In this document: positions 25,764 to 35,196 of the stretch, in pieces
Layout of the letters: each line of letters begins with the position of its first letter
Numbering within the stretch: position 1 is the stretch's first letter
Assembly (NCBI GenBank): GCA_029251165.1
Contig: JAQXDW010000045.1
Coordinates: 290 to 64,289 of the forward strand
DNA from: Myxococcota bacterium
GTDB lineage: Bacteria; Myxococcota_A; UBA796
DNA: 64,000 nt
Direction of reading: 5' to 3'
The notes under the pieces: generated by a model
The model's input: only the letters and a program-made list of their open reading frames with translations
The model's database searches: none
Told to the model about the DNA's origin: nothing
Made by a program: the position numbers and the translations under genes

Positions 25764-26921
25764 TCACCAGTCCCGAATCTTCCGGGGCTCACCCTCTGGG
25801 AACGACAGCATCTCCCAGGTGACGAACAGTCGGGGACGTCGATCGAGCACGGGCTCCAGCGCGGTCCCGATCGAGACGTGGGTGCAGTCCTCGCACAGCA
25901 GGGCGCCGAGGTGAGCGGGTGAGCCGATGACGAGGTCCATGGCTTCCTCGAACGTCGCGGCTGCTGCTACGTTCTCGGTGTGGTCGGCTCTTGGATGGGC
26001 GAGGCGGGCGGCGCGGTCGGGGACTCCCTTCGTCACGCCGGGAATGCGGTGGGCAATTACTCCGCTGGAGGCCATCAGTGCGGCATGCTCTCTCGCCACG
26101 CTCTCGAACAGCTCGAAGCGCTTGAGGCGCGGAAGCCCACGCTCCGTCCGCAGCGTCTGGAGTGCGTCATACAGCGCGTCCTCCGACTGATGTGGGTTGG
26201 GCGGGAGGAGCGCAGCGGCGCTCAGCGCGGGGAGGGGTGGCGGGATGGTGTCGACAAAGACCGAGAAGAGAAGCGCGACCCGGGCATCCTGCTGCTCTCC
26301 AGTGATGACCTCCACCCGCCACTCTCCTGGGGTCTCGAATCGATCCAGCCACCGCGCGACGCCCGAGCGAATCGTCAGCTCGATCACCGGACTGTCTGGC
26401 GGCGCGAGGAACAGGCGGCTGTTTCGATCAACCGGAGTGAGCAGGTCCATTCGGACGGCGAGGGTCTCGTCGAGCTCGAGTCGAGCGGGCAGCGGATCAA
26501 CATCGGCAACATGCGGTGCCCAGCCGAGGATCCACAGGGTGATTCCGTCTCCAAAAGTCCGGCTGACGAGTCCGAGGTCGACGGGGAGTCCGTCGGCGGA
26601 CAGCAGCGCCTGCTCGACAAGGGCATCAGGAAAGGCCCCCCCGGTGATCTGCCGGGCAAACCGCGCCTGTCCCGGAAAGCCCGCACGGGCAGCGGCGAGA
26701 GAGGCTGCAGCGGGCGGGATTCGGGCGGTGCGATCCCGCATCACCATCAGCAGATCCTCCGCGGCGCTGACCAGCCCGAGGTCCCACTGCCCGTCTGGGA
26801 TGATGGCGAGGAGCTGCTGTCCGCTGTCATCGGCGGGCTCGCCAGGGCGATAGCGGACCTGCGGCGTGATGACACGGGGCGTGACGGGCGGGCGGCAGCC
26901 CAAGGCGAGGAGGAGAAGCAT
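25764..26921 (-). CDS. lipoprotein with a C-terminal CAP/SCP (YkwD-like) domain
   Basis: MLLLLALGC lipobox. The C-terminus HTENVAAAATFEEAMDLVIGSPAHLGALLCEDCTHVSIG matches the CAP signature (GEN...W..SPGHR.N.L....H.G). ATG 26921 is preceded by GGATATATCCAGcttcATG; the alternative GTG 26948 abuts the upstream stop. This protein is a paralogue of the next one (shared PGEWxxEx region). Confidence 0.6.
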   Translation of the reverse strand: MLLLLALGCRPPVTPRVITPQVRYRPGEPADDSGQQLLAIIPDGQWDLGLVSAAEDLLMVMRDRTARIPPAAASLAAARAGFPGQARFARQITGGAFPDALVEQALLSADGLPVDLGLVSRTFGDGITLWILGWAPHVADVDPLPARLELDETLAVRMDLLTPVDRNSRLFLAPPDSPVIELTIRSGVARWLDRFETPGEWRVEVITGEQQDARVALLFSVFVDTIPPPLPALSAAALLPPNPHQSEDALYDALQTLRTERGLPRLKRFELFESVAREHAALMASSGVIAHRIPGVTKGVPDRAARLAHPRADHTENVAAAATFEEAMDLVIGSPAHLGALLCEDCTHVSIGTALEPVLDRRPRLFVTWEMLSFPEGEPRKIRDW

Positions 26922-26925
26922 GAAG

Positions 26926-26937
26926 CTGGATATATCC
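26926..26937 (-). promoter_or_regulatory. GGATATATCCAG motif copy D, 4 nt upstream of ATG 26921
   Basis: Same spacing to the ATG as copy B. Confidence 0.3.
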
Positions 26938-26944
26938 TTCTGTC

Positions 26945-28033
26945 TCACTCGCTGGCGGCGTTGAGCGCCATCGAGATGCCCTCGGTGGTGACCTGTGCCT
27001 GAATGCCTGTGAGTCGCAGTCCTGGATGGAGCAGCACGGCTCTCTCATCGATGGACCACATCAGCGTGTCAATGCACACCGCGACGGTGCGTCCCTCGCA
27101 GGTCAGCTGGCCCACGGGGCCGCCGACGAAGCCTGCGGCACGAAGCCGCGCCTCGCCCCGCTCCTTCTCCCAGCTTCCCGCGAGCGAGAGCTCAAGGGGG
27201 TAGCCGGCGAGGGTCTCCAGGGTGGGATCGATCTGGAGGTGGGGAAGGTCGAAGGCATCTCGAATGCTGTTGACCAGCTCATACGCCAGCGCGCTCGCTT
27301 CTGTCGGGCTCGGGGTGGGCTCGCCGGGCAGGGTGAGGATCGGAGCTGGCGGGGTGTCCATGTCGACGTGTAGTGGCACCGAGAGCACCGTGTTGCTCCG
27401 CTGGGTCAGCTCCAGCCACCACTCTCCCGGCTCGCTGAGGATCGGCTCCTCGGACATCAGGCCGCTGGTCTCGACACTTGAGGGCGACAGGAGGCGCCAG
27501 CCCTCTGCATCGGTCTTTAGCGACAGCGCTGCGCCGAGGGGGAGCTCTCGCTGGAAGGCACCGATGGTGACCCGAGGACGCCCGATGAGCGCGACCCAGC
27601 GGTCGGAGCCACCCGAGCGTGCCCGGACCAGTCCGATCTGATCTCCGCTCACCAGGAGACGCTGGAGCTCAGCGAGCAGGGTCTCCGGGATGTTGTCCTG
27701 CCGCACGCTGGCGACCAGCAGGCTCCGGACGGGGTGGGGGTAGCCGGACCGAACCGCTGCCCATCGCGCGTTGCTCAGCTCTGGGGCGAACGGCTGCTCC
27801 AGGGCCAGCGCGGTCGCTGCGCCAGATAGGGATTCTTGCCATGGAAGCCCCACGGAGACGGCCTGTGCGATGAGCGGATCTCGCGGCTCGCTGATGCCGG
27901 TGGCGTAGAGCTCTCCATCCGGTGCTGGCAGGATCGGTGCCGGCGGGAGCGGGGGAGGAGGAGGCTCTTTGGGAGCGCAGGAGAGCAGTGTGAGGAACAA
28001 CATCAGGTGGGGCCTCAGCAAGATGCGGACCAC
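26945..28033 (-). CDS. lipoprotein, paralogue of the 25764..26921 protein
   Basis: LMLFLTLLSCAPKEPPPPPLPP lipobox followed by a Pro-rich linker. The central region is similar to the neighbour (…SEPGEWWLEL vs …TPGEWRVEV). The start is either GTG 28033 or ATG 28003. Confidence 0.5.
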   Translation of the reverse strand: MVRILLRPHLMLFLTLLSCAPKEPPPPPLPPAPILPAPDGELYATGISEPRDPLIAQAVSVGLPWQESLSGAATALALEQPFAPELSNARWAAVRSGYPHPVRSLLVASVRQDNIPETLLAELQRLLVSGDQIGLVRARSGGSDRWVALIGRPRVTIGAFQRELPLGAALSLKTDAEGWRLLSPSSVETSGLMSEEPILSEPGEWWLELTQRSNTVLSVPLHVDMDTPPAPILTLPGEPTPSPTEASALAYELVNSIRDAFDLPHLQIDPTLETLAGYPLELSLAGSWEKERGEARLRAAGFVGGPVGQLTCEGRTVAVCIDTLMWSIDERAVLLHPGLRLTGIQAQVTTEGISMALNAASE

Positions 28034-28251
28034 CCCCTACCCCGGCATGCGCCGGTCCTACACTCGAAATCGTGTCACCAGGCTCCACATCTGCCCGACA
28101 TTCTGTCATCGAGAAGCTACGATTCACCGTGCTGGGGCACAGTTGTCCCGGTAAGATTGCCCCACCTGGACATGGGAGTGAGCCAGAATTGGCGTTGTAT
28201 CGTATTACGAAAACGGCGCGACTCTTGCTATGGTTGGTCTGCGGAGGATTG

Positions 28252-29223
28252 ATGCAAACCCCACCCTGCTCTGCCCTGTTTCTGCTGCTTGCTGTCGGCT
28301 GTGCGCCAGACAACAACATCAACATCCTTGCTCAAGCCGACCTCTTCTACCAAGAAGGGGCGAGCGCCGTTGACATCCTGTGGGTCGTCGATGACTCCAT
28401 CTCCATGCAGAACGAGCAGGAGCAGGTCGCGGAAGGGTTTCAGGCATTCATCAGCTCACTACAGTCGAAGAACGTTGACTTTCAGCTCGGCGTGACCACC
28501 ACAGACATGGACCTCACCACCCCGCTGCGTGGCCGGCTCATCGGACGCCCGGAAGTGCTGACGCCCGACGATGACTACATCTCGATGTTTGAGGAGCGGG
28601 TCCTGGTCGGGATCGAGGGATCGGACAAGGAGCGCGGTCTCCAGGCCGCGGCCTCGGTCCTCCTTGAGGACAACCTGGGGTTTGTCCGTGAGGACGCTGG
28701 ACTGGCGGTGATCTTTGTCTCTGACGAGAACGACTGCTCCGATGACAACGTCATCCCCGACGAGGCCGAGGGGGTGCGCTGCTACGATGAGCCCGATGTC
28801 CGTGTGCCGGTTCAGCGCTACATCGATGATCTCCTGGAGCTCAAGGGAGAGCAGCGACTGTCGGTCTCCAGCATCATCGGTCCGACCCTCTCAGAGGGCT
28901 GTGAAGGCTCCTGGCCTGGGCTGCGGTATCAGAGCGTCTCTGAGCGCCTTAATGGCCTGCTCGGCAACATCTGTGAGGCTGACTACGCCGAGCTGATGTC
29001 TCAGATCGGCGAGCGGATAACCGACCCCATTCGAACCTTCTATCTTGACTATGCTCCCATCGAGGAGACCATCGAGGTCTCCGTCGACGACGAGATAATC
29101 GATCAGGATGTTCGCTCTGGCTGGACCTACGATGCCGAGCAGAACACCATTAATTTCGATGGGGTGTGGGTGCCGCCCTTTGAGAGCAGCATCGCGGTTC
29201 GCTACGACATTGCTGGAGGGTGA
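28252..29223 (+). CDS. von Willebrand factor type A (VWA) domain lipoprotein
   Basis: Internal ATG 28252 gives MQTPPCSALFLLLAVGCAPD with a lipobox. MIDAS motif DDSISM (DxSxS) in ILWVVDDSISMQNEQ, plus downstream ...TTTDM. Confidence 0.65.
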   Translation: MQTPPCSALFLLLAVGCAPDNNINILAQADLFYQEGASAVDILWVVDDSISMQNEQEQVAEGFQAFISSLQSKNVDFQLGVTTTDMDLTTPLRGRLIGRPEVLTPDDDYISMFEERVLVGIEGSDKERGLQAAASVLLEDNLGFVREDAGLAVIFVSDENDCSDDNVIPDEAEGVRCYDEPDVRVPVQRYIDDLLELKGEQRLSVSSIIGPTLSEGCEGSWPGLRYQSVSERLNGLLGNICEADYAELMSQIGERITDPIRTFYLDYAPIEETIEVSVDDEIIDQDVRSGWTYDAEQNTINFDGVWVPPFESSIAVRYDIAGG

Positions 29224-29311
29224 GGGCTGCTGCCAAGGGGGGCGTGACAATCCAGGACAAATTGGCGGTTGCTCTCTGCCTTGAGGTGGCTAACTGACAG
29301 TGGGAGCCATC

Positions 29312-29722
29312 ATGATCAAGATCAACGCCAGCCCTCTGGTCATTGCCGCCGCCCTTGGTCTCCTCGGACCGGCAGCGCTGCTCGAGGATGATGAGACCGA
29401 AGGACTTGGTGGTCTCTGGGAGCGCACGTCGGCTTCTCGCGAGGCGGGGCTGCCTGATGTCAGCCTGCTCCCTGGTCTGCTCGGTGATCGCATACAGCTC
29501 CTCCCGCTGGACGACAGCTACGTGCTTGATGAAGGCAACGGCCGAGACTCTGGCATGAGCAGCTGGAGCGTCGAGCCAGTGGTCCTCCAAGAGCTCAACG
29601 TCGCGAACGCAGAAATCACCCGCGAATTCCACACTGAGGACGACACCCTGAAGATCCGCACCGTGGTCTCACAGGAAGGCGAAGTCCTCGAGTACAGTGA
29701 CTGCTATACCCGCGTGGGCTGA
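29312..29722 (+). CDS. small secreted hypothetical protein
   Basis: MIKINASPLVIAAALGLLGPAALL signal-like N-terminus. The ORF-track start at 29300 is a GTG. Confidence 0.4.
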   Translation: MIKINASPLVIAAALGLLGPAALLEDDETEGLGGLWERTSASREAGLPDVSLLPGLLGDRIQLLPLDDSYVLDEGNGRDSGMSSWSVEPVVLQELNVANAEITREFHTEDDTLKIRTVVSQEGEVLEYSDCYTRVG

Positions 29723-29742
29723 GTATCCGAAGTGACCTGATA

Positions 29743-29800
29743 CGCCGCTCCAGTCAGAGACGCCGCTCCAGTCAGAAACGCCGCTCCAGTCAGAGACGCT
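29743..29800. repeat. 3 x 18-bp tandem repeat (CGCCGCTCCAGTCAGAGA, middle copy has one G>A change) plus a partial fourth unit
   Basis: Read directly from the sequence. It lies between convergent genes, immediately 3' of the flp stop codon. Confidence 0.8.
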
Positions 29801-29809
29801 GTCCCGAGC

Positions 29810-29983
29810 TCAGTTCAGCGCAGCCGTGATCGCGGTTGAGGCATACGTCCAAACGTTCACCGCGCTTCCGGCGAAGGCGACGAGCCCAGCAATGATTCCG
29901 ACGCTGACCAGAGACGCGATGAGCGCGTACTCCATTCCGGTGGATGCCGCGTCATCATTCCACAGCTCAGTGAGTGTGCGCAT
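29810..29983 (-). CDS. flp: Flp/Fap family type IVb pilin (not in the ORF track; 57 aa)
   Basis: The reverse strand encodes MRTLTELWNDDAASTGMEYALIASLVSVGIIAGLVAFAGSAVNVWTYASTAITAALN. This contains the Flp motif G-x4-EY followed by a hydrophobic helix. A strong SD GAGGAGGGGAGG lies upstream. Confidence 0.6.
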   Translation of the reverse strand: MRTLTELWNDDAASTGMEYALIASLVSVGIIAGLVAFAGSAVNVWTYASTAITAALN

Positions 29984-30104
29984 CCTGACCTCCCCTCCTC
30001 ATAAGAATAGTATCGGAATTCCTCCTTCAGCTAAACACTCTCGGTGTCTCTTCTTCACGAGGAATACAATAATACACTCATCTGGATACTGATTACAGGG
30101 GGAA

Positions 30105-30839
30105 ATGATGCACCTGAAGGGCACTTTTTTCGGCTTTCTGGGCTTGCTTTTCACCTCGAATGCCTACGCTGTACCCAGCTCTGGAGCGGAGTGGCTCGGG
30201 CACATTGACTCGGTTGCTCGGGTTGATGACGCCCACATGGTCCTTGAGCTGACGGTGACGGATTCCCGAGGCGAGCAGGCTGGCCGTACCATCGAGATCT
30301 GGCAGAAGGGAGATGACAAGCGGATTGTCCGTATGGTTGAGCCGACTCGTCTCAAGGGCGTCGGGCTGCTGGTCACCCACGGAGATGCCCTCCACCTCTT
30401 CCTCCCCCAGTACCCTCCAGCACGCCGTGTGATCGGCAGCAAGCGGGCAGATGCATTCATGGGGACCGACTTTGCGGTCGATGATCTCGCTCGGATCGGC
30501 TTCGCAGAGGACTATGACGCCGAGATCATCGGCGCTGAGGACGGACTGACCCGCCTGAAGCTGACGCCCCGAGTCGACACCGGCTCGGCTCAGGTTGACC
30601 TCTGGGTTGGGGAGGACGGGGTCATCCGGCGGCTGGATCACCTCGACAAGCGCGGCGCCGTCACTCGGCGGCTGACGATGGATGATGTCCGCCTGGAGGG
30701 CGAGACTCTGCTGGCACACCGCCTGGAGGTCGTCGATCTCAAGCGCACCCGGAGCACCGTGGCGGTTCTCCAGTCGGCGGTGCTTGAGCAGGGACTGTCT
30801 GATGAGCTATTTACGGTGAGTGCGCTGGAAAATCCCTGA
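30105..30839 (+). CDS. LolA-like outer-membrane lipoprotein-sorting protein family
   Basis: Signal peptide MMHLKGTFFGFLGLLFTSNAYA. Its length and pattern are similar to the 34470 protein. Confidence 0.5.
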   Translation: MMHLKGTFFGFLGLLFTSNAYAVPSSGAEWLGHIDSVARVDDAHMVLELTVTDSRGEQAGRTIEIWQKGDDKRIVRMVEPTRLKGVGLLVTHGDALHLFLPQYPPARRVIGSKRADAFMGTDFAVDDLARIGFAEDYDAEIIGAEDGLTRLKLTPRVDTGSAQVDLWVGEDGVIRRLDHLDKRGAVTRRLTMDDVRLEGETLLAHRLEVVDLKRTRSTVAVLQSAVLEQGLSDELFTVSALENP

Positions 30840-30871
30840 ATTTTGGGCAGATGGCGCGCACGGGAGCACAA

Positions 30872-31411
30872 ATGAGACACCTACTGTTGATGGCGACCTC
30901 TATCGGCATCGCGACCCTGTCTGCCTGCGGTGACAAAGACGACACCGGAGCATCGGCACCATTTGAGGCCGGTGAATTCCTGTTCACCAACACCGCGGTC
31001 AGCGATGCCTGCCTCGACGGTGGCTTCACTGTGCTGTTCCTCCCCGAGGGAGACGGCTCGGAGAGCGACTGGGCCTATCCCATTGAGCTTCCGGGCTGGG
31101 ACAGCCTGCCAGCCAGCTACTCCATCCAGCTCCAGGAGCCGTTCTCCAGCATGGAGATCACGGTCACCGATGGTGGAACCGATCAGCTCGCGATGGCTGG
31201 CGCGCTCCAGAGCGGAGTGGTGTTTAACGAGGACTCCTACCCCGACTGCACCGTCGACCTCAGCATCGATGCAACCATCAACATTGAGACCAGCACCACC
31301 GTCACCGGCCAGGCGTTCATGAGCGTCAGCAACGCGAGCGGCGACACCTGCCCAGTCTTTAACGGCACTCCCTGCCAGGTCGCCCTGGACTTCTACGGCT
31401 CGCGTAAGTAG
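30872..31411 (+). CDS. hypothetical lipoprotein
   Basis: MRHLLLMATSIGIATLSACGDKDD lipobox. The stop overlaps the next start. Confidence 0.5.
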   Translation: MRHLLLMATSIGIATLSACGDKDDTGASAPFEAGEFLFTNTAVSDACLDGGFTVLFLPEGDGSESDWAYPIELPGWDSLPASYSIQLQEPFSSMEITVTDGGTDQLAMAGALQSGVVFNEDSYPDCTVDLSIDATINIETSTTVTGQAFMSVSNASGDTCPVFNGTPCQVALDFYGSRK

Positions 31412-32739
31412 TGCTGCTCTTGCTCTCCGGGCTTGTGTCGGCGGAGGAGCTTGAGGCCGGCGCATCACTGACGACCAACCTGAGGCTCTCTCCGTCGGGG
31501 TACTGGCTGGACTTTCGGGACACAGCCATGTTCTCGCCGTGGACCTCGGCTCGGATCGGTCATCGTGTTCGCGCGCGGGGGAACCTCGACGTCCGGCTGC
31601 ACAACACCTCGTCCTTTGATGACATCGATGGGGCCAGCACCGTGACCGGCACCCAGCCCTGGTCGCTTCGCGTCCGAGATGCCTGGCTCGCGACCCGTGG
31701 CGAGCATGTTTCGCTGAAGGTCGGGGTGCAGCGCATGGCGTGGGGAGTGGGAACCGGGATCAGCCTGGTCGACAACCTGAATCCCTGGGACCTCGAGGAT
31801 CCGACTCGATTTGATCGCAGACTCTCGACACCTGGCGTCCACGCCGTGGGGAGCTTTGGGGATCTCTCGGTGGAGGGGGCATGGATGCCGTTCTTCGTCG
31901 CAGGGGCCCTGCCGACGTCTGGTGTCTCGCTGACTGCGGGCTCTGAGGATGTCTTTGACGCCCAGGCGACCGGCGCAGCGGGCATCGAGATCCGTGAGCT
32001 TCAGACCCGCGTGAGCCTGCCAGACCGTGCGATCTGGAGCGGAGGCTTCGGCGGACGACTGCGCTGGAGCGGGGCGCGGGCGGATCTCGCCCTGTCGCTC
32101 TACCGCGGCCACGACACCCTTCCCCAGGTCGACGGCGATGTCTTGCTGACGGGCTTCCAGACTGACGCCGATCGGGTCGATGTCGGTGTCCCGCTCGTCT
32201 ATCCGGCTCAGGGTGTCGGCGGTCTGGAGGTGAAGGGCGAGCTCTTCTCTGGGATCTCTGGGTGGGTCGAGATCGCCGCAGTGCGCCCCGCCGAGACTGC
32301 CGCGACCACCAGCCTTGCGCAGCTGGAGTCGCTGGAGAAGCTCGGGACCATTCAGGAAATCCCTGACCCGCTGCCGAGGACCGTGACCCAGGATGGTACG
32401 CCCTACCTCAAGTGGCTCGTCGGACTCGACCGTTTCTTTGGGCCGGTCTACCTCAACGTCCAGTGGCTCCATGGCTTCCCGACCGAGCGCCAGGCTTCTG
32501 ATCTTCGGGACTACGCCTTGCTGACTTCTCGGTGGGGCATCACTCCAACACTCCGACTCGATGCTGCTGCAGCCTCAGATGTCGCCGGCTGGCTGGGAAG
32601 CGTCGGGCTGACCTGGCTGTACGCGGACACCGTAGAGTTCTCTGCTGGCGGGGTCTATATCGGTGGCCAGGACGGCAGCGCCCTGGCGGGCTTCTCCGGC
32701 GTAAGCCACGGTCGGATGTCCGCGAAGATGTCTTTCTGA
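31411..32739 (+). CDS. putative outer-membrane beta-barrel protein
   Basis: N-terminal signal. The sequence shows alternating amphipathic Gly/aromatic-rich segments and a C-terminal ...SAKMSF ending in Phe, typical of OMPs. Confidence 0.45.
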   Translation: MLLLLSGLVSAEELEAGASLTTNLRLSPSGYWLDFRDTAMFSPWTSARIGHRVRARGNLDVRLHNTSSFDDIDGASTVTGTQPWSLRVRDAWLATRGEHVSLKVGVQRMAWGVGTGISLVDNLNPWDLEDPTRFDRRLSTPGVHAVGSFGDLSVEGAWMPFFVAGALPTSGVSLTAGSEDVFDAQATGAAGIEIRELQTRVSLPDRAIWSGGFGGRLRWSGARADLALSLYRGHDTLPQVDGDVLLTGFQTDADRVDVGVPLVYPAQGVGGLEVKGELFSGISGWVEIAAVRPAETAATTSLAQLESLEKLGTIQEIPDPLPRTVTQDGTPYLKWLVGLDRFFGPVYLNVQWLHGFPTERQASDLRDYALLTSRWGITPTLRLDAAAASDVAGWLGSVGLTWLYADTVEFSAGGVYIGGQDGSALAGFSGVSHGRMSAKMSF

Positions 32740-32742
32740 GGC

Positions 32743-34434
32743 TTACTCTGCGGCGGGCGGCGCAGCTTCGCTGGCAGCCTGCGCTGGACGGGCGGGGGGT
32801 GTCAGGGCGACCTCCAGGTATCGCTTGAGGGCGTCGGTCTGAGACGAATCCGGCAGCATCTTTCGGATGCGCACTGGCATCGGGGTTCCAGGATCGGCCT
32901 GGATGAGGTTCTCCTGGAGGTGGGGGCCGACCTTGCTGTTGGCCACGGGCTCACCGACGCTGGCAACGATGCCCTCGAACAGGGTTGCCTCCGTGGCGTA
33001 GGCGTACAGGAAGTTCTGTGAGTAGCCTGGGTAGTTCCAGGTGAGGCTGGAGAGCAGCGCGGTGTCGAAGGTCAGGCCACGCTCGTTGATTCCGGGGACT
33101 GGCAGACCGGTCAGCTCGGCGCGGAGGTCTGCGGCGTAGCGGGTGAGGGCGACCAGATCCTCAGGGCTCTCGTAGAGTCGCTTCTCGACCAGGGTGTCGA
33201 CGATCCCGTCGGTGATCTGGACTGCGACATTCCGGGCGCGCTGATTCTGGAATGGCTCGCGCAGCGCCTCGGGGAGCTCGGGCACATAGCGCTCGGTGAA
33301 GCTCGGCTCGTAGAGGATGCGCTCGAACAGGCCCGCGAAGCCCTCGAGCCAGGGTGCGGGTGGGCTCCAGAGGGCCGGACTGGCGGCCTGACTGGCGGGG
33401 AGAAGCTGCCACCAGATTGCGTGTCCGCCTTCGTGGGCGAGGGCCTCATACTGCCAGGTCGACCAGCGGCGGTCCTGGCTGATGACGATCGCGACGTTGT
33501 CGGGCGGGCGAATCGGGAAGCCGTAGGCCCCTGGACGGGCATAGCGACGAGGCTCGGTGTGGATCTGCCAGCCGCTCGCCGGCAGGCCCATGTCCTGAAA
33601 CGCCGTGACGACGCGTTCCTCGGCGAGGTCGGCGTCGAAGTAATTGTTCGCCTCGTCTCCCAGGCTGATGAGGCCAGCGGCACGCCGGAGGGTGGGGAGG
33701 TTGGCCTGGGTGACGGTGAGGTTGGTCTCTGCGGCTGCTCCCTGGATGGCCTGGAAGGCTGCGGCATTGATCGGCTCGACGATCGGCTTGAGCTTGTCGA
33801 GAAACGACTCGACCTGCGCGGGCTTCAGGCCGTTGGTTGCCAGAGACAGCTCCCAGTAGTTGGAGAACCCTGCCCGAACCGCGACCGAATTGCGCAGCTT
33901 GATGAGCGCCTGGAAGTCGTCGTCGAGCACCTGGAGTTGGTGCTCGATGTGCTCTCCGTACAGCTCAGACCGGGTCTCCTCGTCGAGGTTCGGGGCGCTC
34001 TCGCTGATGTCGTCCCAGCCGCGATCGAGGGTGACGGTGGTCATGCCATCGGGGGAGGACCAGCTCACCTCATCGCTAGACTCCTCCTCCAGTCGTCCGA
34101 GCAGTCGGGTCTCTTCGGCCTTCTCGTTGGCGGTCCAGGAGCTGAATTGGAGAGACTCCAGCCAGTAGGCTTCGCCCTTGATTCGCTCTGGTGTCCCGGG
34201 CGATGAGGCTCGGGACTCGGAGATGGCCTGCTGGAGCTTCTTCTGGCGGAAGAAGGTGACCCGCGCCTTCTCGGCAGCAGCACGCCGCTGCCGGGCCTCC
34301 TTGTTGCGAACATTCCGAGCGTTGTCTCGCTCGGCAGCACCGAGGCTGACCATGATCTCGGTGTACTCGCTGTCGAACTCAGCGAGGGGATCGGTGACCG
34401 CATCGCATGCGGCAAGGAGGAATAAGATTGACAT
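32743..34434 (-). CDS. zinc metallopeptidase (HExxH) lipoprotein, M32/M2-like
   Basis: Lipobox LFLLAAC. YEALAHEGGHAIWWQLLP contains the HExxH zinc-binding motif, resembling HE[ST]GHALY of M32 carboxypeptidases. Confidence 0.55.
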   Translation of the reverse strand: MSILFLLAACDAVTDPLAEFDSEYTEIMVSLGAAERDNARNVRNKEARQRRAAAEKARVTFFRQKKLQQAISESRASSPGTPERIKGEAYWLESLQFSSWTANEKAEETRLLGRLEEESSDEVSWSSPDGMTTVTLDRGWDDISESAPNLDEETRSELYGEHIEHQLQVLDDDFQALIKLRNSVAVRAGFSNYWELSLATNGLKPAQVESFLDKLKPIVEPINAAAFQAIQGAAAETNLTVTQANLPTLRRAAGLISLGDEANNYFDADLAEERVVTAFQDMGLPASGWQIHTEPRRYARPGAYGFPIRPPDNVAIVISQDRRWSTWQYEALAHEGGHAIWWQLLPASQAASPALWSPPAPWLEGFAGLFERILYEPSFTERYVPELPEALREPFQNQRARNVAVQITDGIVDTLVEKRLYESPEDLVALTRYAADLRAELTGLPVPGINERGLTFDTALLSSLTWNYPGYSQNFLYAYATEATLFEGIVASVGEPVANSKVGPHLQENLIQADPGTPMPVRIRKMLPDSSQTDALKRYLEVALTPPARPAQAASEAAPPAAE

Positions 34435-34469
34435 GCCCCCACTGTAGCAGAGATGGGGTTGTCACCGCC

Positions 34470-35192
34470 CTACCGCTCAAGCCATCGCTGGCTGAAGACC
34501 TCATCCTCGAGGGGTACGGAGAAGGCCAGCTCCGCGAACACCAGCTCGGTCTGGGATCCGGCCTGGATCTTGTCGACCACCAGCATGTGGGTGGGGAATT
34601 TCCGGCCGCCCTCGTACTCGCGAACCTCGGTGAGCGTCCAGCTCTTCACCAGCATCCCGGAGCTGGCGTAGAGATCCTCATGGACCGGGACCATGTGCTC
34701 CTTGTCGATCCAGCTCATTCGACGAGGGTAGGCGACATCGCTGCTGCGTGCCGTCAGCTCAAGCTGCCAGCAGTCGCGACCCTCGACGACCTCTTCACCG
34801 ACCACGGTGGCGCTGTACAGCTCTCGGAACTGGGTGGTCTGGAGGAGATCTTCATAGGAGAGGTTGCTGCCCATCAGTCCGTCGCGGAGCATGTGCCCGG
34901 AGATCTTCTGGACCTTCTCGACGCTGGGGAAGTAGGTCCACATCTCGCCGCCGCGCTTGAGCATGCGGGTGCCCTTGTCTCGGGCAGGGGCCTCAAATTC
35001 AATGGCGGCTTCATCTGCGCCACGACCGAAGCTCTCCATCTCGTAGACCTTCACCCGCTTGCCAGTGGTGACGGTCATCTGGAGGCTGGCAGAGCGGGAG
35101 TCGAAATTCATGTTCTGATCGACGCTGGCGAGCACGGTGTCGGCGTCGGGAGTGGCGAAGGCAGTGGCGATGGAAAGCAGGATGGCAAGCAT
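34470..35192 (-). CDS. LolA-like outer-membrane lipoprotein-sorting protein family
   Basis: Signal peptide MLAILLSIATAFA. It is the last gene after two FtsX permeases and an ABC ATPase. Confidence 0.6.
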   Translation of the reverse strand: MLAILLSIATAFATPDADTVLASVDQNMNFDSRSASLQMTVTTGKRVKVYEMESFGRGADEAAIEFEAPARDKGTRMLKRGGEMWTYFPSVEKVQKISGHMLRDGLMGSNLSYEDLLQTTQFRELYSATVVGEEVVEGRDCWQLELTARSSDVAYPRRMSWIDKEHMVPVHEDLYASSGMLVKSWTLTEVREYEGGRKFPTHMLVVDKIQAGSQTELVFAELAFSVPLEDEVFSQRWLER

Positions 35193-35196
35193 TGGG

